64,000 nt of DNA. Source: an uncultured Gemmatimonadales bacterium. GTDB lineage: Bacteria > Gemmatimonadota > Gemmatimonadetes > Gemmatimonadales > Gemmatimonadaceae. Under the pieces are notes generated by a model. It was not told where the DNA came from and did no database searches. It saw only the letters and a program-made list of their open reading frames with translations. Positions 27,699 to 37,693 of the stretch are shown piece by piece (positions within the stretch are counted from its first letter, which is position 1; every line of letters begins with the position of its first letter). The position numbers and the translations under genes were made by a program. The stretch covers positions 640,001 to 704,000 of the forward strand of contig CAWKNZ010000007.1 in the NCBI GenBank assembly GCA_963851265.1, in the 5' to 3' direction.

Positions 27699-29279
27699 GT
27701 GCGCGTACTCGTCACGGGCGGCACCGGCGTGGTGGGCCACGCCGCGGTACACGCGCTGCTCGCGCGCGGGCACCGCGTGCGGCTGCTGGCGCGGCACGCG
27801 CGCGACGACGCGCGCGCGTGGCCGGCGCCGGGGGACGCGGACGCGCCGGGCGGCCCGCGCTCGGGCGCGGGCGTCGAGGCGCACGACGGCGACGTCACCG
27901 ACCCGGCGTCGCTCGGCGGCGCGGCCCGCGGGTGCGACGTGGTCCTGCACCTCGTCGGCACCGTGGCCGAACGGCCGCCGGAGGTGACGTACGAGCGGGT
28001 GAACGTGGAGGGGACGCGGCACGTGGTGGACGAGGCGGCGCGGGCGGGGGTGCCGCGCCTCGTCTACGTGTCGTCGTTAGGCGCGGACCGCGGGTCGTCG
28101 CCGTACCATCGCAGCAAGTTCGCCGGAGAGCAGGAGGCGGCGCGGTTCCCGGGCGCGTGGACGGTGGTGCGCCTCGCCAACGTGTACGGGCCGGGCGACG
28201 CGGTGGTCTCGCTGCTGCTGCGCATGGTCCGCGCGCTGCCGGTGATGCCGATGCTCGGCGGGGGTGACATTCCGTTCCAGCCGCTCTGGGCCGACGACTG
28301 CGGCGAGGTGCTCGCGCGCGCGTGCGAGCGCGACGACCTCGCGGGCGCGGCGTTCGACGTGGCCGGCGACGAGCGCACGTCCATGCGAGACCTGCTCGAC
28401 CGCTTCGCCGGACTCACCGGGCGCGAGCCGCTGCGGGCGCCGATGCCGCTCCCGCTGGCCCGGGTCGGCGTGGCGCTCGCCGACGCGGCCGGGCTGGACC
28501 TCGGCATCAACGACAGTCAGCTGACGATGCTGGCCGAGGGCAACGTGATCGACCCGCCGCGGGAGAACGCGCTGACGGCGGTGTTCGGGGTGGCCGCGAC
28601 GCCGCTCGACGAGGGGCTACGCCGGCTGGTCGACGAACTCCCGGAACAGCTGCCCGACGCGGGGCTCGGCGCGCTGCACCACAAGCGGTACTGGGCCGAC
28701 GTGGCCGCGCCGCGCGAGGCGGCGCCCGAGCTGTTCCGACGGTTCTGCGCGCGCTTTCACGCCCTGACGCCCGCGGCGATGGACCTCACGGCGGAGCCGG
28801 ACACGCCCACCGCGGTACTCACGCTTCACCAGACGGTCACGATGGCGCTGCCGCTCCGGGGGAACGTGCAGGTGAGGGTCGCGGAGCTCGGGCCGCTGTC
28901 GCTCACGCTCCAGACGGTGGAGGGGCACCCACTCGCGGGCGCGGTGCGGTTCACCTTCACCGAGCGGGGCGGCGACGCGGTCGCGCCGTTCGGCTTCGAG
29001 GTGGAGGTGTTCGAGCGTGCGGCGGACCCGTTCGACTGGGCGGCGATGGCGCTGTTAGGCAGCGTGCTGCAGCGGGCGAACTGGAAGGAGATGGTGAGGA
29101 CGGTGGTCGAGGAGAGCGGGGGGGAGGGGACGCTGGAGAGCGAGGAGGGGACGTTGGAGGGGGACGACGTTCGGCGCGTGGAAGCGTGGCTTCGCGAGCT
29201 GGCCCTGCAGAGGGCGCGCAGGGAGGAGGGGGAACGTCTGGCGGAGCCGACCGGGGACCCGCCGCCGCGCGCTGCCTAA
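27699..29279 (+). CDS. NAD(P)-binding atypical SDR (NDUFA9-like) with an extra C-terminal domain
   Basis: TGGTGVVG, VNVEGT, YHRSK, FQPLWADD; C-terminal about 190 aa containing TVEGHPLAG. Confidence 0.75.
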   Translation: MRVLVTGGTGVVGHAAVHALLARGHRVRLLARHARDDARAWPAPGDADAPGGPRSGAGVEAHDGDVTDPASLGGAARGCDVVLHLVGTVAERPPEVTYERVNVEGTRHVVDEAARAGVPRLVYVSSLGADRGSSPYHRSKFAGEQEAARFPGAWTVVRLANVYGPGDAVVSLLLRMVRALPVMPMLGGGDIPFQPLWADDCGEVLARACERDDLAGAAFDVAGDERTSMRDLLDRFAGLTGREPLRAPMPLPLARVGVALADAAGLDLGINDSQLTMLAEGNVIDPPRENALTAVFGVAATPLDEGLRRLVDELPEQLPDAGLGALHHKRYWADVAAPREAAPELFRRFCARFHALTPAAMDLTAEPDTPTAVLTLHQTVTMALPLRGNVQVRVAELGPLSLTLQTVEGHPLAGAVRFTFTERGGDAVAPFGFEVEVFERAADPFDWAAMALLGSVLQRANWKEMVRTVVEESGGEGTLESEEGTLEGDDVRRVEAWLRELALQRARREEGERLAEPTGDPPPRAA

Positions 29280-29307
29280 CGGCGCCCCTCGGGTGCAGGG
29301 GGTCGGG

Positions 29308-29808
29308 CTACTCCGGGTGGTACGCGCAGTGCTCGCCGCACCCGAGACGGTAGCGGTTGCGCGCGAACCACCGGTAGAACCGATCCGCACCCGCTCGCAC
29401 ACCCGGCAGCGTGAACATCCACCCCAGCAGCCCCCCGCGCGGTAGCACGTCGATCAGACGCTCGACCGCGGCCGCGCGCTCCCAGGTCTGCCCGCCCGGC
29501 CCGATCACCTGCAACGACTCGAGGTAGTGGCTCGGCGGGATCCACGGAAAGCGCTCGGCCAACCCCGGCATCTGGGACGGCACGATCTCCAGCATGCGCG
29601 ACCGCCGGTCCCACCAGCGGAGCACTCCGACCATCCGCCCGCACACCTTGCAGTGCCCGTCGTACACCACCGTGTACCGCCGACCCTCGCCGACGCCCGA
29701 GTAGCCGGCAGTCGAGTAGAAACCTCCGCCCTCGACCCCGTCCGTCGGAGAGCGCGGCACCCCCTGCACGGTGAAGCGCACCACCGGGTAGCTCGGGGCG
29801 GCACTCAC
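29308..29808 (-). CDS. DCC1-like thiol-disulfide oxidoreductase (DUF393)
   Basis: VYDGHCKVC and YRWFARNRY; GTG start overlaps the upstream TGA. Confidence 0.8.
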   Translation of the reverse strand: MSAAPSYPVVRFTVQGVPRSPTDGVEGGGFYSTAGYSGVGEGRRYTVVYDGHCKVCGRMVGVLRWWDRRSRMLEIVPSQMPGLAERFPWIPPSHYLESLQVIGPGGQTWERAAAVERLIDVLPRGGLLGWMFTLPGVRAGADRFYRWFARNRYRLGCGEHCAYHPE

Positions 29809-30230
29809 GCGGCCACCGCGGTCGACGGCGGGGTCGCTGGCGCTCTGCTGCCGGCCGGGCCAGCCGTGCCCGCGATCGTCATCGCCGGCGGACGTTCGAG
29901 CGTCACGTGTACGGGGCACATCGCGGCCACCCGCTTCGCCGCTTCGAGGCGCTCGGCTGGCAGGCTCGGCCATGCGAACGTCAGGTCGAAGCGTCCGACC
30001 CGATGCGGCTTCTCCTCGAACGTCCACTCCACCTCGAGCGTGAGATCGTCCGCGCGCAGGTCGACGTGCTCGCCCCAGGAGGCCAGGATCGAGTACGTGC
30101 ACGCCGCGAGTCCGCTCGCGACCATCTGGAAGGGCGTGAACGGCCGATCCGCCGCCGGCGCGTCCACGGTCAGCGGGCCCGCGCTGGGCTCGTAGCGAAT
30201 GCGGGTCTCGTCGAGCAGGGAGATCTTCAC
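29805..30230 (-). CDS. OsmC-like protein
   Basis: TPFQMVASGLAAC and CPVHVTL two-cysteine pattern. Confidence 0.75.
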   Translation of the reverse strand: MKISLLDETRIRYEPSAGPLTVDAPAADRPFTPFQMVASGLAACTYSILASWGEHVDLRADDLTLEVEWTFEEKPHRVGRFDLTFAWPSLPAERLEAAKRVAAMCPVHVTLERPPAMTIAGTAGPAGSRAPATPPSTAVAA

Positions 30231-30338
30231 GGGCGCTTCAGTGGCGCTTCACGGGCGCTTCGGGGAAGAGGGCGGCGCGGCGCGCGAGGCCGACGGCCGA
30301 CCGTGCAAGAGGAGGGCCCCGCACATAGGGTTCTGCGC

Positions 30339-30899
30339 ATGCATCCTCCTCTGCAGGAAATCGCGGACCGGCTCGCCCGCTCGCGGGCCGCGGTGCTCGC
30401 CACGTGGGAGTCGATTCCCGGCGACCGCAGGGAACGGCGGCCGGCGCCCGGACGATGGACGCCGGCCGAGGTGCTCGAGCACCTGCGCCTCGTCGAGACG
30501 GGCTCGGCCGCGCTGCTGGCCAAGCGGCTGCAGCGCGCGCGTGAGGCCGGGCTCGGGCCCGAGACCGACCACCGGTCCCGGCTCGACAGCTTCGACGTGC
30601 CCGCGCTCGTGAACCTGCAGCCGTTCGACGCGCCCGAAGCGATGCTGCCCACGCCGGACGTCCGCGCCGCCGACGCGGAGACGGGGCTCCGCGCCTCGCG
30701 CGAAGCGCTCGACCGCGTCATGGCCGACGCGTCGGGGCTGGCGCTCGGCGAGGTCAGGGCGCGGCACCTGCGATTCGGCGAGATCGACTTCTACCAGTGG
30801 CTGCTCTTCATCGCCGGGCACGAGGAGCGGCACCTTCGCCAACTCACCGCGTTGCGCGACGACCTCGCCGCACCCGCGACCCCGACCACCCCCGCATGA
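30339..30899 (+). CDS. DinB family protein
   Basis: WTPAEVLEHL, H.RFG, HEERHLRQ. Confidence 0.8.
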   Translation: MHPPLQEIADRLARSRAAVLATWESIPGDRRERRPAPGRWTPAEVLEHLRLVETGSAALLAKRLQRAREAGLGPETDHRSRLDSFDVPALVNLQPFDAPEAMLPTPDVRAADAETGLRASREALDRVMADASGLALGEVRARHLRFGEIDFYQWLLFIAGHEERHLRQLTALRDDLAAPATPTTPA

Positions 30900-31450
30900 C
30901 GCCCCCAACTCCGTTCGCCACGCTGCCGCCGCGTCCCGATGGGGCCGCGCCCGAGCGCGTGCACGTCGTCGTCGAAACGCCCAAGGGCAGCCGCAACAAG
31001 TTCGACTACGAGCCGCGCCTCGGAGTGTTCGCGCTCAAGAAGGAGATGCCTGCCGGCCACGTGTTCCCGTTCGACTTCGGCTTCATTCCTGGCACGCTGG
31101 GCGGCGACGGCGACCCGCTCGACGTGCTCGTGCTGATGGACGACGCGACGTATCCGGGGGTGCTCGTCGACGCGCGCCTGATCGGCGTATTCGAGGCCGA
31201 CCAGACGGAGCGCGACGGCGCGCGCACGGAGAACGACCGGCTCGTGGCGGTGGCGGCGTGCTCGCGCCGGCACGCGGAGGTCCGGACCCTCGACGACGTG
31301 GGGCGTGCGGCGCTCGACGAGATCGAGCATTTCTTCCGATCGTACAACGAGGAGACGGGCAAGCGGTTCGCGGTCCGCGCGCGCACCGGGCCCGAGCGGG
31401 CCGCCGCGATCCTGGACGAGGGGATCGCGCGGGCGAAGCCCGCGACCTGA
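30896..31450 (+). CDS. ppa: Inorganic pyrophosphatase (family I)
   Basis: ETPKGSRNK, FGFIPGT, DGDPLDV, IEHFFRSY. Confidence 0.85.
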   Translation: MTPPTPFATLPPRPDGAAPERVHVVVETPKGSRNKFDYEPRLGVFALKKEMPAGHVFPFDFGFIPGTLGGDGDPLDVLVLMDDATYPGVLVDARLIGVFEADQTERDGARTENDRLVAVAACSRRHAEVRTLDDVGRAALDEIEHFFRSYNEETGKRFAVRARTGPERAAAILDEGIARAKPAT

Positions 31451-31474
31451 CACGCGGCGCGTTCCGCCGGACTG

Positions 31475-32806
31475 CTACGCCGCCGCGTCGAACAGCTCGA
31501 GCTGTGACGGCGCACGCGGGGCGGCGCGGGGCGCCGCGAGGGTGCGCGCGCCGGCGCGACCTGGGACGTGCTCCGGCGTGACCACGAACGGCAGCACGCG
31601 CGCGACCGACACGCGTAGTTTCGCGAGCAGCTCCAGCCGCACGGCGTGCCACGGCCGGAGCGCGAGGATTCGCTCCACCGTGCGGTGGCCGAGTCCGGGC
31701 ACGCGCAGGAGGAGCTCGCGAGGCGCCGTGTTGAGGTCGACCGGGAACCACTCCGGATGGCGGAGAGCCCAGGCGAGCTTCGGGTCGACGTCGGGTGCGA
31801 GGTTCGGCGCGTCGGGCGGCGCGAGCTCGTCGACGCGGAACCCGTACAGCCGCACGAGCCAGTCCGCCTCGTACAGCCGGCGCTCACGCACGGCGGGCGA
31901 CGGAGCGTCGACGAGCAGGCCGCTCGCGCCGTCGACCGGCTGGTAGCTGCCGAAGTAGACGCGCCGCAGCCCCTGCCGCTGGTAGAGCGACGCGGCCGTG
32001 TGCAGCACGTCGGCGTCGGTGGCCCGCGCGATCCCGGCGGCGTCCGCGCCGACGACGAGCTGCGTGACCTGCCCTGCGGGCGCGAAGCGCGGCACGTGGT
32101 CCCACCGCGCGCGCCGCGCGGTCGTCAGCGGCCCGCCCCATCGCGCGCCGCGGGCGCGCTCGGTCTCGTACGCGTCGGCAATGCCGTCGCGCAGTTGAGT
32201 CATCGCGGCGCGCATCGTCGCGTGCGTGCGACCGGGCGCGAGCGCGTCGAGATCGGCCTGCCGCGCGAGCTCGACGTTCACGCTCACCCGATCGGCCCAC
32301 CGACCGGCCTCGTCGATCAGCTCCGGGCTCGCCTCGGGGATGACCTTGAGGTGAACGTACCCCGCGAACTGGTGCGCGCGGCGCAGCGTGCGTGCGACGG
32401 CGACCAGCCGCTCCATCGTCGCATCGGCGCTGCCGTCGACGGCCGCGCTCAGAAACAGGCCGTCGACCAACCCCCGCCGATGATAGTCGAGCGTGAGGCG
32501 GACGACCTCGTGCACCTCGAGACGCGCACGCTCGGTGTCCGCCGACCGGCGGAGCGGGCAGTATGCGCAGTCGTGGATGCAGTGGTTGCTGAGGAGGAGC
32601 TTGAGAAGCGGGATGCGGCGCCCGTCGGCCGCGACGGCGTGGTAGATCGCCGCTGGCTCCACGTCGGACGCCACCAGGGACGGCAGCGGCCGCCGGGAGC
32701 CGGAGGCCGCCGCACCGGTCCGCGCGGCGCACGGAGCGTCGAAGCGCGCCGCGTCGGCAAGGACGGTGAGGCGCCGACGGACGGGGAGCGGGGCGGAGCT
32801 GCGCAC
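31475..32806 (-). CDS. Putative DNA modification/repair radical SAM protein with C-terminal HhH
   Basis: CIHDCAYC, GLFLS, GYVHLK, SVNVE, FAPAGQ, RE.RLY.ADWL, LLRVPGLG. Confidence 0.8.
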   Translation of the reverse strand: MRSSAPLPVRRRLTVLADAARFDAPCAARTGAAASGSRRPLPSLVASDVEPAAIYHAVAADGRRIPLLKLLLSNHCIHDCAYCPLRRSADTERARLEVHEVVRLTLDYHRRGLVDGLFLSAAVDGSADATMERLVAVARTLRRAHQFAGYVHLKVIPEASPELIDEAGRWADRVSVNVELARQADLDALAPGRTHATMRAAMTQLRDGIADAYETERARGARWGGPLTTARRARWDHVPRFAPAGQVTQLVVGADAAGIARATDADVLHTAASLYQRQGLRRVYFGSYQPVDGASGLLVDAPSPAVRERRLYEADWLVRLYGFRVDELAPPDAPNLAPDVDPKLAWALRHPEWFPVDLNTAPRELLLRVPGLGHRTVERILALRPWHAVRLELLAKLRVSVARVLPFVVTPEHVPGRAGARTLAAPRAAPRAPSQLELFDAAA

Positions 32807-32824
32807 CCCGAATATACCCCGAAC
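32806..32824 (-). promoter_or_regulatory. Candidate -10 element overlapped by a direct-repeat operator (SOS-box-like)
   Basis: CCCCGAA-TATA-CCCCGAA on + (contains GAAT-N7-GAAC) abutting the GTG start; TATATT on the coding strand. Confidence 0.4.
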
Positions 32825-32919
32825 GTGAAGCCCGGTTCTCGCCCGAAGAGGGCCGTCGGCGCCCTACGGACCGCGTTCGACGTCGGGAGCGCTCCGACGG
32901 GAGCGCCCCCGTGCGCGGT

Positions 32920-33522
32920 TCAGCCGCCGCTCACCCGGTACACGACCTCGAGCAGCATCACGCCGAGAATTCCCATCCCGACCGCACGCCAACTCACTCC
33001 GCCTACGCGCCCGAGCAGCGGGAGCGCCGCGTCGGCCGAGGGCGACCGCGGCACGACGACCTTGATGGCCGCCTGCGCACGCCGGAACAGGAGGTAGTTG
33101 GCCGTCCCGCCCGCGAGGATGGCGAGCGAGAGGAGGATGCCCATGATGAGCAGCGTCGGCTCGGGCGCGAGCACGGTCACCGGCCGCCCACCGACGATCG
33201 GGTTCGGCACCGTCTGGGTCGGCACCTCGGCGCTTCCCCACAGCAGCCCGAACACCACGCTCGGCGCGAACAGGAAGAACGCGAAGGGGACGTACAGCTT
33301 GCGGTAGAGGAACCACACCGGCACGAGCGGAAACACGAGCGCTGCGGCCCAGTTCCACGTGGGCACGAACTGCGGGTCGTCGAAGAAGGGCGTGAACTTG
33401 CGGCGGTAGGTGGCCCAGCGCGGACCGACGAAGGCCGCGAGCTGCTGGTCGCTGGGCGAGCCGGGTGGCGGGCCGCCACGCGTCGGGCGGGTGGCCCACG
33501 AAGGGAGCGGAGGAACGGTCAC
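32920..33522 (-). CDS. DUF2628-like membrane protein
   Basis: WNWAA...WFLYRKLY and ANYL motifs with transmembrane segments. Confidence 0.65.
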   Translation of the reverse strand: MTVPPLPSWATRPTRGGPPPGSPSDQQLAAFVGPRWATYRRKFTPFFDDPQFVPTWNWAAALVFPLVPVWFLYRKLYVPFAFFLFAPSVVFGLLWGSAEVPTQTVPNPIVGGRPVTVLAPEPTLLIMGILLSLAILAGGTANYLLFRRAQAAIKVVVPRSPSADAALPLLGRVGGVSWRAVGMGILGVMLLEVVYRVSGG

Positions 33523-33531
33523 AGTGGGAAA

Positions 33532-34716
33532 CTACCGAGTCCGGGACGCAGACTGGGCCGCGGGCTGCTGCTGCGTGAGGCAGTGCAGGGTGCCGAGGCC
33601 CCAGACGAGGTCGACGGCGTGGATGCCGACCACCTGGCGGTCTGGCATCAGCTCGGCCAGGATGTTGAGCGCGCGCCGGTCGTTGGGGTCGTTGAAGGTG
33701 GGCACGAGCACCACCCCGTTGGCCACGTAGAAATTGGCGTAGCTGGCCGGCAGCCGCTCGCCGCGCATCACCACGGGACGCGGGAAGGGGAGCGTGACGA
33801 CGCGCAGCGCGCCGCGGTCGCCGCCCGCACGCTGCAGCCGGCGCAGGTTGTCGAGCGAGCGGCGGTGGTTCTCGTCGGCGGGATCCTCTTCGTGCGCGAG
33901 CACGACCACCCCGGGCGCGACGAAGCGCGCGACGTCGTCGATGTGGCCGTGCGTGTCGTCGCCCACGCACCCCTCGCCGAGCCAGAGCGTCTGACGCACG
34001 CCGAGCCAGTCGCGGAAGACGCGCTCGTAGTCGTCGCGGCCGAGGCCCGGATTGCGGACCTGCACGTCGCTCAGCAGCCATTCCTCGGTGACGAGCATCA
34101 GTCCCTGCCCGTCGACCTCGATCCCGCCGCCCTCGAGTACGAGGCGGGCGTCGGGCGCGTCGGGGCGCGCGGGGGCGAGACGGGGCACGCCGCTGATCTC
34201 GGCGAAGGTCTCGGCCACGCGCGCGTCGAGCTGGTAGTTGTCGTACTTCGCCCAGGCGTTGAATTCCCAGTCGAGCCAGAGCGGGGTGCCGTCGGCGCGG
34301 AGCACGCCGGTGGGGCCCGAGTCGCGCACCCACACGCGGTCGTTGCGCGTCACGTGCAGCCGGTAGCCGTCGGGCGACACCGCGTGCGCGTCTAGCGCGT
34401 CGCGCGCGGCCGCGCGCACCGCCTCGTCGTGGCAGAGGATCTCGACGCGCTCGTGCGCGTGCAGGGCGCGCACGATCTCGGCGTACACCCACGGGATCGG
34501 CCCCAACTTGCCGGGCCAGTCGGGCTCGTGGTGCGGCCAGGCGAGCCAGGTCGCCGCATGCGGCTCCCACTCGGCCGGCATGCGCAGCGGCTCGACCGGG
34601 GAGGGGGCGAGGAGCGCCTCGGGGACCGGGGGGAAGTCGCGCGCGCTCGCGGGGGTGCGGGCGCGCGTGGGGCCCAGCTCGCCGTCGCCGAGGTCGCCGC
34701 GCAGGGGGCCGGTCAT
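33532..34716 (-). CDS. aguA: Agmatine/peptidylarginine deiminase
   Basis: MPAEWEPH, WVRDSGP, LEGGG, DDTHGHIDD, ASYANF, GTLHCLTQQQP. Confidence 0.88.
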   Translation of the reverse strand: MTGPLRGDLGDGELGPTRARTPASARDFPPVPEALLAPSPVEPLRMPAEWEPHAATWLAWPHHEPDWPGKLGPIPWVYAEIVRALHAHERVEILCHDEAVRAAARDALDAHAVSPDGYRLHVTRNDRVWVRDSGPTGVLRADGTPLWLDWEFNAWAKYDNYQLDARVAETFAEISGVPRLAPARPDAPDARLVLEGGGIEVDGQGLMLVTEEWLLSDVQVRNPGLGRDDYERVFRDWLGVRQTLWLGEGCVGDDTHGHIDDVARFVAPGVVVLAHEEDPADENHRRSLDNLRRLQRAGGDRGALRVVTLPFPRPVVMRGERLPASYANFYVANGVVLVPTFNDPNDRRALNILAELMPDRQVVGIHAVDLVWGLGTLHCLTQQQPAAQSASRTR

Positions 34717-34719
34717 CGC

Positions 34720-35655
34720 CTAACGCGGCGCTCCCGCGCCGAGCCACCGGTTAAGGATCGGCTTGTACGCGTCCACGCGCCGGTCGCGCAGGAACGGCCA
34801 GTTGCGCCGCACCTCCTCCTGCAGCCGCGGGTCGCACGTGTGCACCAGGACGGCCTCCTCGGTGCCCGCCTCCGCGACCACGCGCCCGAACGGGTCGGCG
34901 ATGAACGAGTGGCCGAAGAACTCGAGTCCGTTGGTCCCCGGCTCGTCCTCGTGCCCGACGCGGTTGGGCGACGCCGTCCACACGCCGTTGGCGATCGCGT
35001 GCGCGCGCTGCGCCGTGCGCCACGCCTCGACCTGCGCCTGCCCCCACTCGTCCTTCTCGGCCGGGTGCCAGCCGATGGCCGTCGGGTAGAAGAGCACGTC
35101 CGCGCCTAACAGCGCGGTGATGCGCGCCGCCTCCGGGTACCACTGGTCCCAGCAGACGAGGACGCCGACGGTCGCGTAGCGCGTCTTCCAGACCATGAAG
35201 CCGTTGGCGCGGCCCGGCTGCTCGCCGTGGTAGTCGAGGTGCGCGTCGCCCGGCGTGAAGTAGTACTTCTCCTCGAACATCGGGTCGTGCGGGATGTGCA
35301 TCTTGTCGTACACGCCGAGCAGCGAGCCGTCGGCGTCGATCACGACCGCCGAGTTCATGTAGAGGCCCGCGGCGCGCCGCACGAACAGCGGCACGATGAT
35401 CACCACGGCCAGCTCCCGCGCGAGCGCCTGGAAGCGGTCGGTCGTCGGCCCCGGCACCGGCTCGGCCAGGTCGAAGTGCTCGACCTTCGTCGACTTGGCG
35501 AAGTAGGGCGTGTTGAAGAGTTCCTTGAGGCAGATGATCTGCGCGCCGCGGCGCGCCGCCTCGCGGACGAGGGCCTCAGCACGCGCGACGTTCGCCGGGG
35601 CGTCGTCGCTCGCGTGGTCCTGGATGATGCCGATGGTGAACGGGTCGCGGCGCAT
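34720..35655 (-). CDS. aguB: Carbon-nitrogen hydrolase, probable N-carbamoylputrescine amidase
   Basis: EL, KMHIP, EKYYFTPGD, CWDQWYPE, YPTAIGW; adjacent to agmatine deiminase. Confidence 0.85.
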   Translation of the reverse strand: MRRDPFTIGIIQDHASDDAPANVARAEALVREAARRGAQIICLKELFNTPYFAKSTKVEHFDLAEPVPGPTTDRFQALARELAVVIIVPLFVRRAAGLYMNSAVVIDADGSLLGVYDKMHIPHDPMFEEKYYFTPGDAHLDYHGEQPGRANGFMVWKTRYATVGVLVCWDQWYPEAARITALLGADVLFYPTAIGWHPAEKDEWGQAQVEAWRTAQRAHAIANGVWTASPNRVGHEDEPGTNGLEFFGHSFIADPFGRVVAEAGTEEAVLVHTCDPRLQEEVRRNWPFLRDRRVDAYKPILNRWLGAGAPR

Positions 35656-35798
35656 GGCGGGCAATGTAGCCCCCATCGGTAACGCGGGACCGCGCGGCCC
35701 CGCGTCCGGACGCCCGGCCGCGCGGACACCCGGGCAACGCTTAACGCCCGCGCCGCCAGGGCGTCGAACGCGCGGTACACACCTTCCGGACTCCGCGC

Positions 35799-36473
35799 AT
35801 GCCCCGTCGCCTCTCCTCCCGCTTCGCGCCTCGCCAACTCGCGTTCGGCGCCGTCTCGCTCGCCGTTCTCGCGGGCTGCGCGCAACGGCCGGAGGCCCCA
35901 CCCGCAAGCGCCGACACCGCGCTGAACAACGACCTCGCACTCGCCGGGCAGCAGCAGCGCGCGACGCAGGTGGTCTCACCCCAGGAGCTGACCGCCGCGC
36001 CGGCACGCGCACCGGAGCCGGCGCGGCGGCCGGAACGCACGCGCGTGATCGAACACGTGATCTACCGGACCGCGCCCGCCGCACCCGCCGCGTATGCCTC
36101 GCCGAGCTATGCGGCCGCCGCCCCGGCGCCCGTGGAGCGGCCCACGTACACGCCGTACCCGCCGCCGCGGCGCGAAGAGACCTACGGCGGCGGCTACGGG
36201 GGCAACGGTGGCTACGGCGGTGGCTACGGGAACGGCAACTACGGCCGCGGAGGGTACGGCAACGGCGGGACTTACGGCGCGGCCCCACGCCCGGTCTACC
36301 GCCCGCCGCAGGGTCACGCACAGCGCGACGGCGCGATCGGCGCCGTGGCCGGCGCGATGGTCGGCGTCGCGGCCAGCCACCGCAAGGATCGGCTCCGCGG
36401 CGGCCTGATCGGCGCCGTCGCCGGTGGGGCGCTCGGCGCGATCTACGGCCACTCGGTCGACCGCACGCCGTAA
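35799..36473 (+). CDS. Lipoprotein with C-terminal glycine zipper and GGY-rich linker
   Basis: LAGC lipobox, LNNDLALA/VVSPQEL, GAIGAVAGAMVG...GGLIGAVAGGALG. Confidence 0.75.
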   Translation: MPRRLSSRFAPRQLAFGAVSLAVLAGCAQRPEAPPASADTALNNDLALAGQQQRATQVVSPQELTAAPARAPEPARRPERTRVIEHVIYRTAPAAPAAYASPSYAAAAPAPVERPTYTPYPPPRREETYGGGYGGNGGYGGGYGNGNYGRGGYGNGGTYGAAPRPVYRPPQGHAQRDGAIGAVAGAMVGVAASHRKDRLRGGLIGAVAGGALGAIYGHSVDRTP

Positions 36474-36597
36474 CGCGTTCGCGGCGACCGGGCGCCGCAG
36501 TAGGTCGGGCACACGGGGGAACGTTTTGGCGTCATCTGTTTATCAAGTGACGAATCATTAACGGTCGACCCGTCCGCCCACCTTCGGAGGAGTCCCG

Positions 36598-37386
36598 ATG
36601 CGCCGTGCCATGCGCGCCCTATGCCCCGCGCTCTCCGTCGCGGCGCTCTCGTTTGCCGGAGCCTGCGCGCGACGTCCGATCGCGGCCGACACGGGGCTCA
36701 ATAAGGACTTCGCGCTCGCCGATCAGATGCAGCGGCAGAATGCGCCCGCGCTCGTCGCGGCGCCCGAGCTGGCGCCCGTGCCCGATTCGGCGCCCGTCCG
36801 ACCGGCGCAGATGCGACGTCCGATGGTGGTCACGCGCGTCGTCACGCGCACGATCACCGTCGTGCGCCCGCCCGCTCGCTCCGACGCCGGGACGGCGTAC
36901 AACGTGGAGGGTGCGGTTCCGGCGTCGCACGACGTTCGGACGTCCGGCGGGGCGATGGGCGGCGACGTGGTCGCGAGCGGAGCGGAGCGTCGGGGCGCGC
37001 GCCGAGATGCGGAAGCGACGGGCTCGTACGGCGTCGACGTGCCCGCGTCGGATGCGGGCACGTATGCCGGCGCGACGTCGGCGGGCGCGAACGCGGGTAC
37101 CGTCGTGTCTCCGACGAGCGCGCCGGACGGCGAGTACGGTTCGAACGTGCCGGTTTCGCGGCAGCCGCAGGCGCACGCGGCACGCGACGGCGTGTTCGGG
37201 TCGCTCGCCGGCGCGATCCTCGGAGCCGCCGCGAGTGGGCGTGGCAATCGCGTGCGCGGCGGTCTCATCGGCGCGGTGGCCGGCGGGGCGCTCGGCGCGA
37301 TCTACGGCGGGGCGGTCGACCGCACGACCTCGGGATACGGTTACGGATCGGCGTATCGGAGCCCTCGAGCGTACCGGACGTACTGA
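36598..37386 (+). CDS. Lipoprotein with C-terminal glycine zipper (paralog of the upstream gene)
   Basis: GGAGG RBS, AGAC lipobox, LNKDFALA, RGGLIGAVAGGALGAIYG. Confidence 0.72.
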   Translation: MRRAMRALCPALSVAALSFAGACARRPIAADTGLNKDFALADQMQRQNAPALVAAPELAPVPDSAPVRPAQMRRPMVVTRVVTRTITVVRPPARSDAGTAYNVEGAVPASHDVRTSGGAMGGDVVASGAERRGARRDAEATGSYGVDVPASDAGTYAGATSAGANAGTVVSPTSAPDGEYGSNVPVSRQPQAHAARDGVFGSLAGAILGAAASGRGNRVRGGLIGAVAGGALGAIYGGAVDRTTSGYGYGSAYRSPRAYRTY

Positions 37387-37693
37387 GGCCGACCGCCTGG
37401 CGCCGTCGCCCTAGTGGTCCGAATCCGAAGTTCGCCGCCAGTTCTTCCGCACCCGTGCCGCTGTGTCGCGGCCGACTACACGGGCGGAGCACGTCGGACA
37501 CACGCGCGCCGCACGACGCCGCCCCGTGACGTGGGCGAGCGCCGCGGTGCCCTGCCGAGCGCCCGCCCCGCGCTTACGCCCGGGACCCGGCCCGCAGCAG
37601 TCCTGCTGCTTGCGTGCCGGAGCTGACGGTGGTACCGTGGCGCACCCCGCTTCCCGGGCAAGCCACGGCTTCGGGCGCAGGCGCCGTCCCTTG

